Below are positions 1 through 8,049 of a stretch of DNA of 33,956 nt, piece by piece; position 1 is the stretch's first letter; each line of letters starts with the position of its first letter. Made by a program: the position numbers and the translations under genes. Under the pieces are notes generated by a model, which was not told the DNA's origin, ran no database searches, and saw only the letters and a list, made by a program, of their open reading frames with translations. This DNA is from an uncultured Lentisphaeria bacterium. Its GTDB lineage: Bacteria > Fidelibacterota > UBA8477 > JABMPR01. The stretch is from contig CAZVSF010000005.1 in NCBI GenBank assembly GCA_964630195.1, positions 1 to 33,956 on the forward strand. Reading direction: 5' to 3'.

Positions 1-29
1 TATATAGCAACATGAAATCAAAATGACCG

Positions 30-76
30 CTGGATTTCTAATCCGTAGGTCACAGGTTCGAGCCCTGTCCGGAGTA
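30..76 (+). pseudogene. tRNA-Arg(UCU)-like 3' fragment (anticodon stem to discriminator base); not a complete tRNA gene
   Basis: T-arm acagg/ttcgagc/cctgt at 52-68. The 3' acceptor strand ccggagt plus discriminator a lies at 69-76. The anticodon stem-loop is ctgga-tttctaa-tccgt at 30-46, reading anticodon TCT. Positions 1-29 contain no D-arm and no 5' acceptor strand (actccgg is absent), so only the 3' ~47 nt of a tRNA are present. Confidence 0.5.
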
Positions 77-81
77 CAAAA

Positions 82-120
82 GCAAAGCGCCCCTGATTGG
101 GGCGTTTTGCTTTTGTTTTG
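82..120 (+). terminator. Rho-independent terminator following the tRNA-like fragment
   Basis: A 12-bp stem (gcaaagcgcccc / ggggcgttttgc) with a 5-nt loop, followed by ttttgttttg. Confidence 0.8.
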
Positions 121-166
121 GTAGCAGTGAGAACTGTGTTGAGCTTCGAGCCCGAACCCCTCCACC

Positions 167-276
167 GGCGATGGTGTGAACCTGTTTATTGACCCCAAAG
201 CCACATAGCTACAGAAGACCCCTTCATAAGCCCTGCCACGTCGTAGCTCGAAGAGCGAAGACTGGTCCGGAGTACA
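167..276 (+). repeat. Copy B of a degenerate direct repeat (ggcgatgg..aacctgt..[~70 nt]..gaagactggtccggagtaca)
   Basis: Shares ggcgatgg / aacctgt / gaagactggt / agtac blocks with 1785-1825. Its last 15 nt (gtccggagtacaaaa) repeat the acceptor end of the tRNA-like fragment at 67-81. Confidence 0.6.
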
Positions 277-306
277 AAAAGAGTCCCTTTTTGAGGGGCT
301 CTTTTT
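276..306 (+). terminator. Rho-independent terminator after repeat copy B
   Basis: Stem agagtccc / ggggctct (8 bp, one G-U pair), a 7-nt loop, then tttt. Confidence 0.7.
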
Positions 307-443
307 ACATTCTAAACCTCACATGTATAATTAATATCAGGTAGTATTTATATTCTTGCTTTTAATACATCAAATTGCATATTTTAGGATAGTTGGATAA
401 GTTAAAATAAGAGCGTGCGTTAATTTAGGATTAGTATTATTAA

Positions 444-1616
444 GTGAAAAGAGAACTCCAAGGACAGTACACAACAACATCGACGGTAGGTGAAAGCGTA
501 AAAGCTTTTATACCATCCCCATTACCACCAAATCCACCGATCAATTGGAATCCAGAACTGCGTAATAAATTCGACAATGCTCTGCTTGCTTTGGGACGGT
601 TGGATAGTGTCTCCAGGCTCCTCCCCGATACCTCCATATTTCTTTATATGTATGTTCGGAAGGAGGCTGTACTATCATCAATGATTGAAGGAACACAATC
701 ATCGCTCTCAGACCTTTTGTTGTATGAACTTGACCAGAAACCTGGAGTACCACTTGATGATGTGAAGGAGGTTAGTAATTATGTATCTGCGCTTAGTTAT
801 GGACTAGATAGACTCAAAGATGGATTTCCTCTTTCTCTGAGATTGATAAAAGAGATTCATAGTATGCTTCTATCCAATGCTCGCGGAGGTTACCAAACTC
901 CAGGAGAGTTTCGCCGTAGTCAAAACTGGATTGGTGGGACGCGACCAGGAAATGCGGCCTATGTTCCTCCTCCAGCAGAAAACGTTATGGCATGTATGGC
1001 TGAACTTGAACTATTTCTACATGACCAGGAAGAAACAACATCACCCCTACTAAAAGCTGCTTTGGTACATGTACAATTTGAAACAATTCACCCTTTTCTT
1101 GACGGAAATGGCCGTCTGGGCCGCTTATTGGTTACTCTTTTACTATGTTCACAATCAGTACTGGAGCAGCCCATGTTGTATTTGAGTTTATATTTTAAAA
1201 CACACCGTCAATATTATTATGAACTTCTTAATAATGTCCGTGTGCAAGGAGACTGGGAAGCCTGGTTAGCATTCTTTGCCGAGTCAGTCATCTCAACCTC
1301 AGAACAAGCTGTAGAAACCGCACAACGGTTATTAGAACTATCTCAACTTAGTCAAAAGAAAATATCTGGTCTTGGTCGAGCAGCTTCCACAACCCACATT
1401 GTGCACAGGGCATTGATGGAGCACCCATTAGCTACTTCAAATTGGTTGGTAGAAAAAACAGGTATCACTCCTGCTACTGTGAACAAAGCCCTCAAACATT
1501 TGGAAGACCTTGAAATCATACAAGAATTAACTACAATGAAAAGGAATCGGCTATTTAGCTACACAGCCTATATTGAAGTTTTAAATCAAGGGATCATACC
1601 ACAAAGTACAGTCTAA
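444..1616 (+). CDS. Fic family protein (class II, cis-inhibited AMPylase type) with Fic_N-like N-terminus and C-terminal winged-helix region
   Basis: Canonical Fic active-site motif HPFLDGNGRLGR (nt 1089-1124). Inhibitory-helix motif S-x-x-x-E-G (SSMIEG, nt 675-692) lies upstream in the same chain. 'FIPSPLPP' N-terminus is typical of the family. GTG start immediately follows an in-frame TAA. Confidence 0.9.
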   Translation: MKRELQGQYTTTSTVGESVKAFIPSPLPPNPPINWNPELRNKFDNALLALGRLDSVSRLLPDTSIFLYMYVRKEAVLSSMIEGTQSSLSDLLLYELDQKPGVPLDDVKEVSNYVSALSYGLDRLKDGFPLSLRLIKEIHSMLLSNARGGYQTPGEFRRSQNWIGGTRPGNAAYVPPPAENVMACMAELELFLHDQEETTSPLLKAALVHVQFETIHPFLDGNGRLGRLLVTLLLCSQSVLEQPMLYLSLYFKTHRQYYYELLNNVRVQGDWEAWLAFFAESVISTSEQAVETAQRLLELSQLSQKKISGLGRAASTTHIVHRALMEHPLATSNWLVEKTGITPATVNKALKHLEDLEIIQELTTMKRNRLFSYTAYIEVLNQGIIPQSTV

Positions 1617-1784
1617 ATCAGTAGGAAAACCAAGAATTCCAAAACATTTTTAAAATGGAGACTTTTTAGTGACCGATACCCATTAAAGCCTTTGAGCTTT
1701 GCTCTAAGAGCTATGCCCCAACAAGTATATAGCTTAAATGGCAACGGATTCTTGATCAGCAATGCTACAAGAAGACGGTTTCCT

Positions 1785-1825
1785 GGCGATGGCAGCACAA
1801 CCTGTGAAGACTGGTAGGGAGTACT
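1785..1825 (+). repeat. Copy C of the degenerate direct repeat (ggcgatgg..aacctgt-gaagactggtagggagtact)
   Basis: Collinear with copy B (167-276) but lacks its ~70-nt internal segment. The tRNA-end-like part is degenerate (agggagtact versus ccggagtaca). Confidence 0.55.
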
Positions 1826-1827
1826 GT

Positions 1828-1856
1828 AAAGAACCCCTAAGCGTGGGGTTTTTTTG
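1828..1856 (+). terminator. Rho-independent terminator after repeat copy C, downstream of fic
   Basis: Stem aacccc / ggggtt with loop taagcgt, followed by a run of T. Confidence 0.7.
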
Positions 1857-2006
1857 TTGCCCCTTTAAATACTACTGAGTACGGGTCGTTTGGTCTGAGA
1901 CATGCTGGTATAATGAACTGGACAACTGGAATCTGTCTCCTAACTTTATGCTAACATTGCCCTTATTTCAATACGACTAACAGTCTCTAACAGAAAGTGA
2001 AAAACT

Positions 2007-2516
2007 ATGGCCCCCTCTGATATCTTACCCACGATTGCAGAAATCTCAGTCGCCATTGTTGGCTTTGCTGGAATATTGTTCGCCCTGGGAAACCAGAGTG
2101 CAACTGCTAACGAAAAAATGAATATGTTCCGAATAAAGATCATGGTGGAGACAGGGCTGCTGACAACATTCCTTAGCCTGACACCTGTACTCTTCCTATC
2201 TATTCCAATCCTGGCGCCCTACACCTGGAGAATATCAAGTCTGATGTTAGCTGTGTTGATTCCCGTCTATACGCTACTGTCCTTTCATAGACAATTCAGA
2301 TTAGTTGGTAAGTACATCGAATCGGCATTGGACTATACGGTTATTCTCGTGCAATTACCCACCATAGTCCTTCTGTTGATGGTAGCTTTTGAGTGGGGGG
2401 ATGTACCACACTTTGGAAGCTATCTGTTTGGATTATTCTTCTGGCTGGGAATATCCATGCTCATGTTTGTTAGAATTATCCTGGATTCAGTTGATGTCTC
2501 TCAATCTGGAGAGTGA
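2007..2516 (+). CDS. Hypothetical integral membrane protein (about 5 predicted TM helices)
   Basis: 169-aa ORF with successive hydrophobic 20-aa stretches (IAEISVAIVGFAGILFAL, LLTTFLSLTPVLFLSIPIL, LMLAVLIPVYTLL, VILVQLPTIVLLLMVAF, LFGLFFWLGISMLMFV). No recognisable catalytic motif. Confidence 0.6.
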   Translation: MAPSDILPTIAEISVAIVGFAGILFALGNQSATANEKMNMFRIKIMVETGLLTTFLSLTPVLFLSIPILAPYTWRISSLMLAVLIPVYTLLSFHRQFRLVGKYIESALDYTVILVQLPTIVLLLMVAFEWGDVPHFGSYLFGLFFWLGISMLMFVRIILDSVDVSQSGE

Positions 2517-2777
2517 AGAGCTGCAAGGTTGGTTGAAGTCGCGCGAAAGTAATATCCTGTTTGTACATCAAAAGGATTGATCAGATCTAAGTTAACAGCT
2601 AGTTCCTGACATTGACCTTTCCTCCAGATAGTCGGCTGACGTCTCAGTGACGATGTTACCTTCAAGATTTTGTCGTCTACAATTCAGAGCACAAATAAGC
2701 CATCTCCTCAAAAAATTGGATTCACTTTAAGCACTTTGAGTGGAGGTAAGCCCGACTAAATTCCTCAGTGAGGTAAA

Positions 2778-3614
2778 ATGGAACACGAAGCAAAATATTT
2801 GACCTACAAGGGACGTATCGTCTTTGGTAAGCAAACCATGCCATCCATTGATCGTATGCCTAAGGAATACAGTGAGAATGAAGCCTGCTTTGTTTTTATA
2901 AATCGTGGTGAAGTTTCTGTCCGAGCGCCTGATAAATATATAGCTCTGAATCAACAATCTGGGGTTCTGGCCAAATGCCTGAACTACTACTTCGAAACAA
3001 AACAGAAGAACCGAGCTGTTGATGAGGACATTGAGGCAATCGCAGTCTTGTTGTACCCGGGGATTTTGGAACAGCTCTTCGAATTTGATCTGGCTGAATC
3101 TGTCCATTCAATCAATTATGATATCAAGCAGGTCGTGATCAATGAGTTGTTGGAAAATTTCAAGAGAAGTGTCAGTCTCCTCATCGATCATCCAGAGCTA
3201 GCGGATGAAAAAATCATTGAGGCGAAGCTGAAAGAATTTGTGCTGCTCATGACAAAATCGCAGGAAATTTCTGATCTACATGAATTTTTGTCCAATCTCT
3301 TTAGTCCAGTCAATATTTCCTTTAAAACAGTCATCAGTCAAAATCTCTATGCAAATCTGTCCCTGGATGAACTGGCGAGATTATGTCACATGAGCACCTC
3401 TTCTTTCAAAAGGAAATTCAGGGAAGTGTATGACGAACCCCCGAAAAAATATATCTCCAGAAAGAAGATAGAAAAAGCTGCCCAGCTTTTAAGATCACAG
3501 AAGCAAAGAATATTTGACATCGCCTATGATGTTGGATTTGAATCTGTGGCCACCTTCAACAGGAATTTTACAAATACCTACGGAAAGAGCCCATCTGAAT
3601 ACCGATTGAGCTAA
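2778..3614 (+). CDS. AraC/XylS family transcriptional regulator
   Basis: C-terminal double HTH of the AraC type (LSLDELARLCHMSTSSFKRKFREVY...IFDIAYDVGFESVATFNRNFTNTYGKSPSEYR). The N-terminal ~170 aa form a ligand-domain-like region. GAGG-type RBS lies before the ATG. Confidence 0.9.
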   Translation: MEHEAKYLTYKGRIVFGKQTMPSIDRMPKEYSENEACFVFINRGEVSVRAPDKYIALNQQSGVLAKCLNYYFETKQKNRAVDEDIEAIAVLLYPGILEQLFEFDLAESVHSINYDIKQVVINELLENFKRSVSLLIDHPELADEKIIEAKLKEFVLLMTKSQEISDLHEFLSNLFSPVNISFKTVISQNLYANLSLDELARLCHMSTSSFKRKFREVYDEPPKKYISRKKIEKAAQLLRSQKQRIFDIAYDVGFESVATFNRNFTNTYGKSPSEYRLS

Positions 3615-3702
3615 AATGAGAACATTTTGAGCTGGAGCGATTATTCAATCCATTCCTCATTTGCTAGATTAGGACAGCAATTAATGAGGAAAGGAATGAA
3701 AT

Positions 3703-4626
3703 ATGAATGAAACTATTTTAATCACAGGGGCTAATGCAGGTCTTGGGAAGGATGCTGCCAGACAGCTCGCACTATTAGATGAAACTAAAAAAATATATTT
3801 GGGTTGCAGAAATGAAACAAAGGCCCTGGCCGCAAAATCTGAACTGGAACAGGTAACGGGAAGATCCATCTTTGAGGTCATGATAGTGGATGTATCGAAG
3901 CCAGCATCAGTGCGCTCAGCCATCGCAAAATTAACCGAACCCATTGACGCATTAATTATGAATGCAGGTGGCATGGGTGGAAAAGCCCCGACTGAGTTAA
4001 CTCCAGATGGTGTTTCCAGTATCTTTGCTACTAATGTATTGGGACATGCCGTTATGGTTGACGCGTTGTTAAAGGCTGGGAAGCTGAAAAATGTTGCCAT
4101 GTATGCCAGTTCAGAAGGTGCCCGAGGTGTTAGGAAGATGGGAATGGCGCGACCCGAACTTAAATCAAATTCAGTCGATGAATTCGTTTCCATATTTAAT
4201 GGGAGTAATTTTGATGATAAGACTGACGGCATGGAGATTTATAGTTATGTCAAGTACGCTGCTACTTTATGGATGTCAGCCTTGGCCCGCAAACATCCAG
4301 ACGTGCGATTTATATCAATGAGCCCAGGGGCAACCAGCGGAACCCAGGTGATGAATGATTTGCCTACCATCCAAAAAATAATGTACAAGTATATTGGTTT
4401 CCCCATTTTGATGCCGTTGTTGGGAATGTCGCACAAGCTTGAGAAGGGCGCTCAGCGATATGTAAAGGCCATCAATGACAAATCATTGACCAGTGGGACC
4501 TTTTATGCAAGCGCAGAGAACAAACTGACTGGGTCCGTCATGGATCAGAGTAGCATTTTCCCTGATCTAAAAAATGAATCCTATCAAGAGAATGCCCTGG
4601 AGGCTATCAAGCGGTTTGCGGCTTAA
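3703..4626 (+). CDS. SDR family NAD(P)-dependent oxidoreductase
   Basis: N-terminal Rossmann motif TGANAGLG, an NAG motif (IMNAGGMG) and YxxxK (YSYVK). RBS aggaaagga lies upstream. Confidence 0.85.
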   Translation: MNETILITGANAGLGKDAARQLALLDETKKIYLGCRNETKALAAKSELEQVTGRSIFEVMIVDVSKPASVRSAIAKLTEPIDALIMNAGGMGGKAPTELTPDGVSSIFATNVLGHAVMVDALLKAGKLKNVAMYASSEGARGVRKMGMARPELKSNSVDEFVSIFNGSNFDDKTDGMEIYSYVKYAATLWMSALARKHPDVRFISMSPGATSGTQVMNDLPTIQKIMYKYIGFPILMPLLGMSHKLEKGAQRYVKAINDKSLTSGTFYASAENKLTGSVMDQSSIFPDLKNESYQENALEAIKRFAA

Positions 4627-4658
4627 ACCTCGAAAGAGGGTAAATATACAAGCGCGAA

Positions 4659-4689
4659 GAAAGCCCCTGACCAAGATCAGGGGCTTTTA
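4659..4689. terminator. Bidirectional Rho-independent terminator between convergent SDR genes
   Basis: An 11-bp stem aaagcccctga / tcaggggcttt flanked by an A-run on one side and a T-run on the other. Confidence 0.8.
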
Positions 4690-4716
4690 AATTTTATCTC
4701 TCAAAAGTGGGTCTGT

Positions 4717-5523
4717 TTAAGGTTCGTTTTTATCAATAGCACCTGAGACTTTACGGTGTAAAAATCCTTTAAAAAATGTATTTAGAAATGGGATCAAGCT
4801 TAATTTTTTAGGGATATAGATAGTCTTTTTGTCCTGCTCAATGGCCTGAATGATCTGGGCGACACAATCCTCAAGACTTACGGATTCATCAGTATGTTTC
4901 CGTGGGGATTGGACGGTACCTGATCCCTCGGGACCAAAAGCATTGTCTCTCAGGTTGGTCCCACGTATCCAGCTTAAAACAGCTTCAAGAATGGAGACGT
5001 CACCTCTGAGTTCCATATCAAGTGTTGCCAGAAACCCATGCAACGCATGCTTTGAGGCGACATAACCGGAGTGATTCGGGAAACCCATCAGGGCTTGTGC
5101 AGTTGAGCAACTCACGATCTTTCCACGGGACTGTTTGAGATGGGGGAGGGCTGCATGACAACAATTGACCGCCCCCAGGTAATTCACATCAACCAGATCT
5201 TTGAAAAACGAGATATCTTTGATGTCCTCAAATTTAGCCCACATGCTCACACCGGCATTCAGAACAAGTCCATCCACTTTTGAATAGCGCTCCAGGGTTT
5301 GCTGGACCAGGTTTTCACACGCTGACAGATCTGTGATATCGGTTTGAATTGCAACAGCGGAACCACCTGCGGTGGTGATGGCATTTGTCACACGTTCCAG
5401 CTCATCTATTCTGCGCGCTGCACATACAACCCTGGCACCTCTCTGGGCTAAAACCATGGACAGTTGTTCACCGATCCCAGATGAAGCCCCGGTCACGATA
5501 AAAACTTTTCCGTTTAAATTCAT
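4717..5523 (-). CDS. Classical SDR oxidoreductase, last gene of the lipid operon (candidate acyl/alkyl-DHAP reductase)
   Basis: TGASSGIG, NAG (LNAGVS) and a catalytic S...YxxxK (YVASK). GAGGAG RBS lies 8 nt before the ATG, which is 27 nt downstream of the AGPS-like stop. The functional assignment comes from operon context only. Confidence 0.85.
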   Translation of the reverse strand: MNLNGKVFIVTGASSGIGEQLSMVLAQRGARVVCAARRIDELERVTNAITTAGGSAVAIQTDITDLSACENLVQQTLERYSKVDGLVLNAGVSMWAKFEDIKDISFFKDLVDVNYLGAVNCCHAALPHLKQSRGKIVSCSTAQALMGFPNHSGYVASKHALHGFLATLDMELRGDVSILEAVLSWIRGTNLRDNAFGPEGSGTVQSPRKHTDESVSLEDCVAQIIQAIEQDKKTIYIPKKLSLIPFLNTFFKGFLHRKVSGAIDKNEP

Positions 5524-5550
5524 CCTGAGACTCCTCTAAAGAGCGAGGTG

Positions 5551-7320
5551 TTAATCAGAAAAAACGTTATTGCGGACACCAAAAATGTTCTTGGGGTCAT
5601 GCGAGGCTTTGATCTGCTTGATCAATTCAATACTTGTGGTTGAGATGGTACCTTTCATAAAATCCTTACGGAGCTTACCCACACCATGATGATGGGAGAT
5701 CGATCCACCGTTTTCCATGATGGCATCTCTCATGGCATGCTCCATCTCAGTGAAAATTTCAATGGGATTGCTGATGCCCTTCACATTGATGGCGAACATA
5801 AAATAGATACAAACCCCTGTATGGTAAATCTGCGGAACACGGTAGGATAGATATGGTTTCCCTGGGATGTTGTACTTTTTATGAAGCTCGGTCAGCTGTT
5901 TTTGAGCGGCTGCACATACCACATTGATCTTACTCCAGGGAACCGAGGTCTCCATGGTTTCACCAACGATATGGTACCTCGTCATGAAATCCCTGATATA
6001 GGCGATGGCAAAAGTCAGGTTGTAGCCCTTTTTGCCATTTTCGGACCCTCCGATGAGACCCTTATATTTTTTGGTCAATCGTTTGATCGTTTTTTGCTGG
6101 AAAGCCACTTCTTCCTTTGAGCCTTCTAATTTAAAGGAAGTCACAACCATCTTGTAAGGGTCAAACCCCTTCACATTTAGAACGAAAAACTTTTCAAGTT
6201 TCTTTGCCAGGACCTTCATCCCAGTCACTTTGGCATTCAAGGCCTGACCAAAACGGAATTGAGCATTATCCATGAGACGAGCGCTGGCTGGTACGGCTCC
6301 ACTTCTGGATAATTCATACATGAAGGCTACGGCAGTATCCCAATCATGGAAAAGTGCTGAATTGAAATCAGAGGCTTCAGGCAGTGTATAAACTTTTAAT
6401 GTGGCTTTGGTGATGATCCCAAAATTTCCTTCAGAACCAAGCAGAATGTTCTGAGGACTGACACCAATGGATGCCCGTGTCAGAGGCTCGATCTGTTCCA
6501 CCACACCCGTGGGCGTGATCATGGTTACATTTTCAACAATGTCTTCAATATTTCCGTAACGGTTTTTCTTCATTCCGCTGGCGTTTGTTGAGATCCACCC
6601 CCCCAGCGTTGACAATTCAATACTATCAGGTTCATGTCCAACGGTCAGACCTTGCGCTTCCAGGCGTTCTTCAAGCACACTTCCGGTAATACCTGCCTGG
6701 ACGACCACACGACGGTTTTCAACATCGATGGACTCAATGGCGTCCATACGGCGGGTATCTACAGCAACCACCATGCGATCTTCAACATCAGGGATCTGAA
6801 GGGCATTGCTGACGCTGGTTCCACCACCATAGGGGATCAGACATACATCGTGCTCGATGGCCAGTTCGATCAAACGTTTTGCTTCATCCTCTGATTCAAT
6901 GTAGAAGACCATGTCTGTGGCCCGGTCGATCTTTGCAAAGACCACTTTATAGACTTCATCAGTGGTCTGACCCTGACTATGAATGAGTCGCTCTTCGTCG
7001 CCAAAGGAATTGCGGTCTTCTGGGAATTCAGATTTGACCGATTCAACAAAGGCTTCATTAATCTTGGCGGCTTGTACAGGTTTATCTTCTGTTTCCGGTA
7101 GGACATCATTCACATCGATCTGCATATCCAACATCTCTTCAACATAAGGAATGAAGTCAGGCATTTCGATGCCACAAAGTTCATAGCGATCGCCGGTCAT
7201 ACTCACGGATCGGTCTTTATTCAGAAGAAATTCCGAATCGCGGAAGCCCCATTTGTAACCCCAGTTTTTATCATTAATTGCGTAAAATTTATCTTTGTTT
7301 GAACCCTTGTTATCGGTCAT
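5551..7320 (-). CDS. FAD-linked oxidase of the alkyl-dihydroxyacetonephosphate synthase (AGPS) type
   Basis: 589 aa. FAD_binding_4-type motif IPYGGGTSV. The C-terminal SHHHGVGKLRK (HHH codons at about nt 5686-5694) corresponds to the HHH loop characteristic of AGPS, not the GlcD/D-LDH relatives. An N-terminal extension of ~150 aa resembles AGPS. The start overlaps the upstream gene's stop (ATGACCGATAA). Confidence 0.85.
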   Translation of the reverse strand: MTDNKGSNKDKFYAINDKNWGYKWGFRDSEFLLNKDRSVSMTGDRYELCGIEMPDFIPYVEEMLDMQIDVNDVLPETEDKPVQAAKINEAFVESVKSEFPEDRNSFGDEERLIHSQGQTTDEVYKVVFAKIDRATDMVFYIESEDEAKRLIELAIEHDVCLIPYGGGTSVSNALQIPDVEDRMVVAVDTRRMDAIESIDVENRRVVVQAGITGSVLEERLEAQGLTVGHEPDSIELSTLGGWISTNASGMKKNRYGNIEDIVENVTMITPTGVVEQIEPLTRASIGVSPQNILLGSEGNFGIITKATLKVYTLPEASDFNSALFHDWDTAVAFMYELSRSGAVPASARLMDNAQFRFGQALNAKVTGMKVLAKKLEKFFVLNVKGFDPYKMVVTSFKLEGSKEEVAFQQKTIKRLTKKYKGLIGGSENGKKGYNLTFAIAYIRDFMTRYHIVGETMETSVPWSKINVVCAAAQKQLTELHKKYNIPGKPYLSYRVPQIYHTGVCIYFMFAINVKGISNPIEIFTEMEHAMRDAIMENGGSISHHHGVGKLRKDFMKGTISTTSIELIKQIKASHDPKNIFGVRNNVFSD

Positions 7321-8041
7321 AAAGTTCCAGTGCCTTTTTTGTAATAGCTGCTTCCAGTGCTGATGTCATTTTATTTGAGGCGGTGCTCAATTCATCTTCT
7401 CCTGGATTGTCAACGCCCAGGAAAGATTCCGGGTAAATCGGTTCAAGAATATAGACTTCAATGGCTGTGGGACGCATAAAAAATTTGCCCCTGGGCCAGG
7501 CTTTGTGTGAACCAAAAATAACTGCAGGTAAAATCGGGGCTTTCAGGTTTAATGAAAACCTTGCGGCACCCTTCTTAAAGGGCAAGATCTTGCCTGGTTC
7601 ACCACGCGTACCTTCAGGAAAAAAAATGAGGCTGCGCTGCTGGTATGCCATAAATGACTTGCATAGTTTTACTGTATCTTTGACGGGAAACTGGGTGACT
7701 CCATTTACTTTACGGTCAATAGGAATCAGGTTCATCACCGTATTGATCATCGTCCGTTTTGTCCAACTGTCAAACCAGTAGTCCTTGGCCGCCATCATGC
7801 CAAAATGATTAAAGCTCTTTTGTGCCGCTGCAGAAAGCAGGGCGACATCCATGTGACTATTGTGATTGCTGCAAAAAATGAACGATTCGTCTGGAATGTT
7901 TTCTCTGCCATGGACTTTCAGGGGGGTATAAAGGGTAAAGACCGTCTTACTGTAATAGTAGAATAAGATCTTCCAGATTTTATAGTAAAAGGGTTGTTTC
8001 CCGACCAGATAGCTGTATTTCGGATTGTCTAAAACATCCAT
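7310..8041 (-). CDS. Lysophospholipid/glycerol-phosphate-type acyltransferase (PlsC/GNPAT superfamily)
   Basis: Motif I NHNSHMDV (HX4D) and motif III FFPEGTRG. 243 aa. The start is 8 nt after the HMGR-like stop and the stop overlaps the AGPS-like start. Confidence 0.85.
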   Translation of the reverse strand: MDVLDNPKYSYLVGKQPFYYKIWKILFYYYSKTVFTLYTPLKVHGRENIPDESFIFCSNHNSHMDVALLSAAAQKSFNHFGMMAAKDYWFDSWTKRTMINTVMNLIPIDRKVNGVTQFPVKDTVKLCKSFMAYQQRSLIFFPEGTRGEPGKILPFKKGAARFSLNLKAPILPAVIFGSHKAWPRGKFFMRPTAIEVYILEPIYPESFLGVDNPGEDELSTASNKMTSALEAAITKKALELYDR

Positions 8042-8049
8042 GGGGCAGC

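Noticed and set aside
1-76. A complete tRNA gene at the window start
   Set aside because: Only the anticodon arm, variable loop, T-arm and 3' acceptor strand can be folded. Positions 1-29 hold no D-arm (no GG loop) and nothing complementary to ccggagt. It was therefore called a 3' fragment. A tmRNA 3' end was also rejected because the acceptor strand does not fit a GGGGCUG-type 5' end.
1613-1798. A 61-aa minus-strand ORF downstream of fic
   Set aside because: It has no RBS and no recognisable motif. It overlaps the repeat copy C region and is more likely non-coding.
121-2777. An integron cassette array (attC sites after fic and after the membrane-protein gene)
   Set aside because: One GTTRRRY-like heptamer (gttgagc, 138-144) exists, but I found no paired RYYYAAC/GTTRRRY inverse cores. 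The region after 2516 shows no similarity to the repeats, and no intI gene is present.
3681-4232. A 183-aa minus-strand ORF antisense to the SDR gene. Similar long antisense or off-frame ORFs lie at 12523-12924, 17357-17764, 21279-21758, 24795-25205, 25290-25679, 29128-29517 and 31904-32227.
   Set aside because: All lie entirely within genes that carry strong family motifs on the other strand or frame. They have low-complexity or Ser/Leu/Arg-rich shadow-ORF composition and no RBS.
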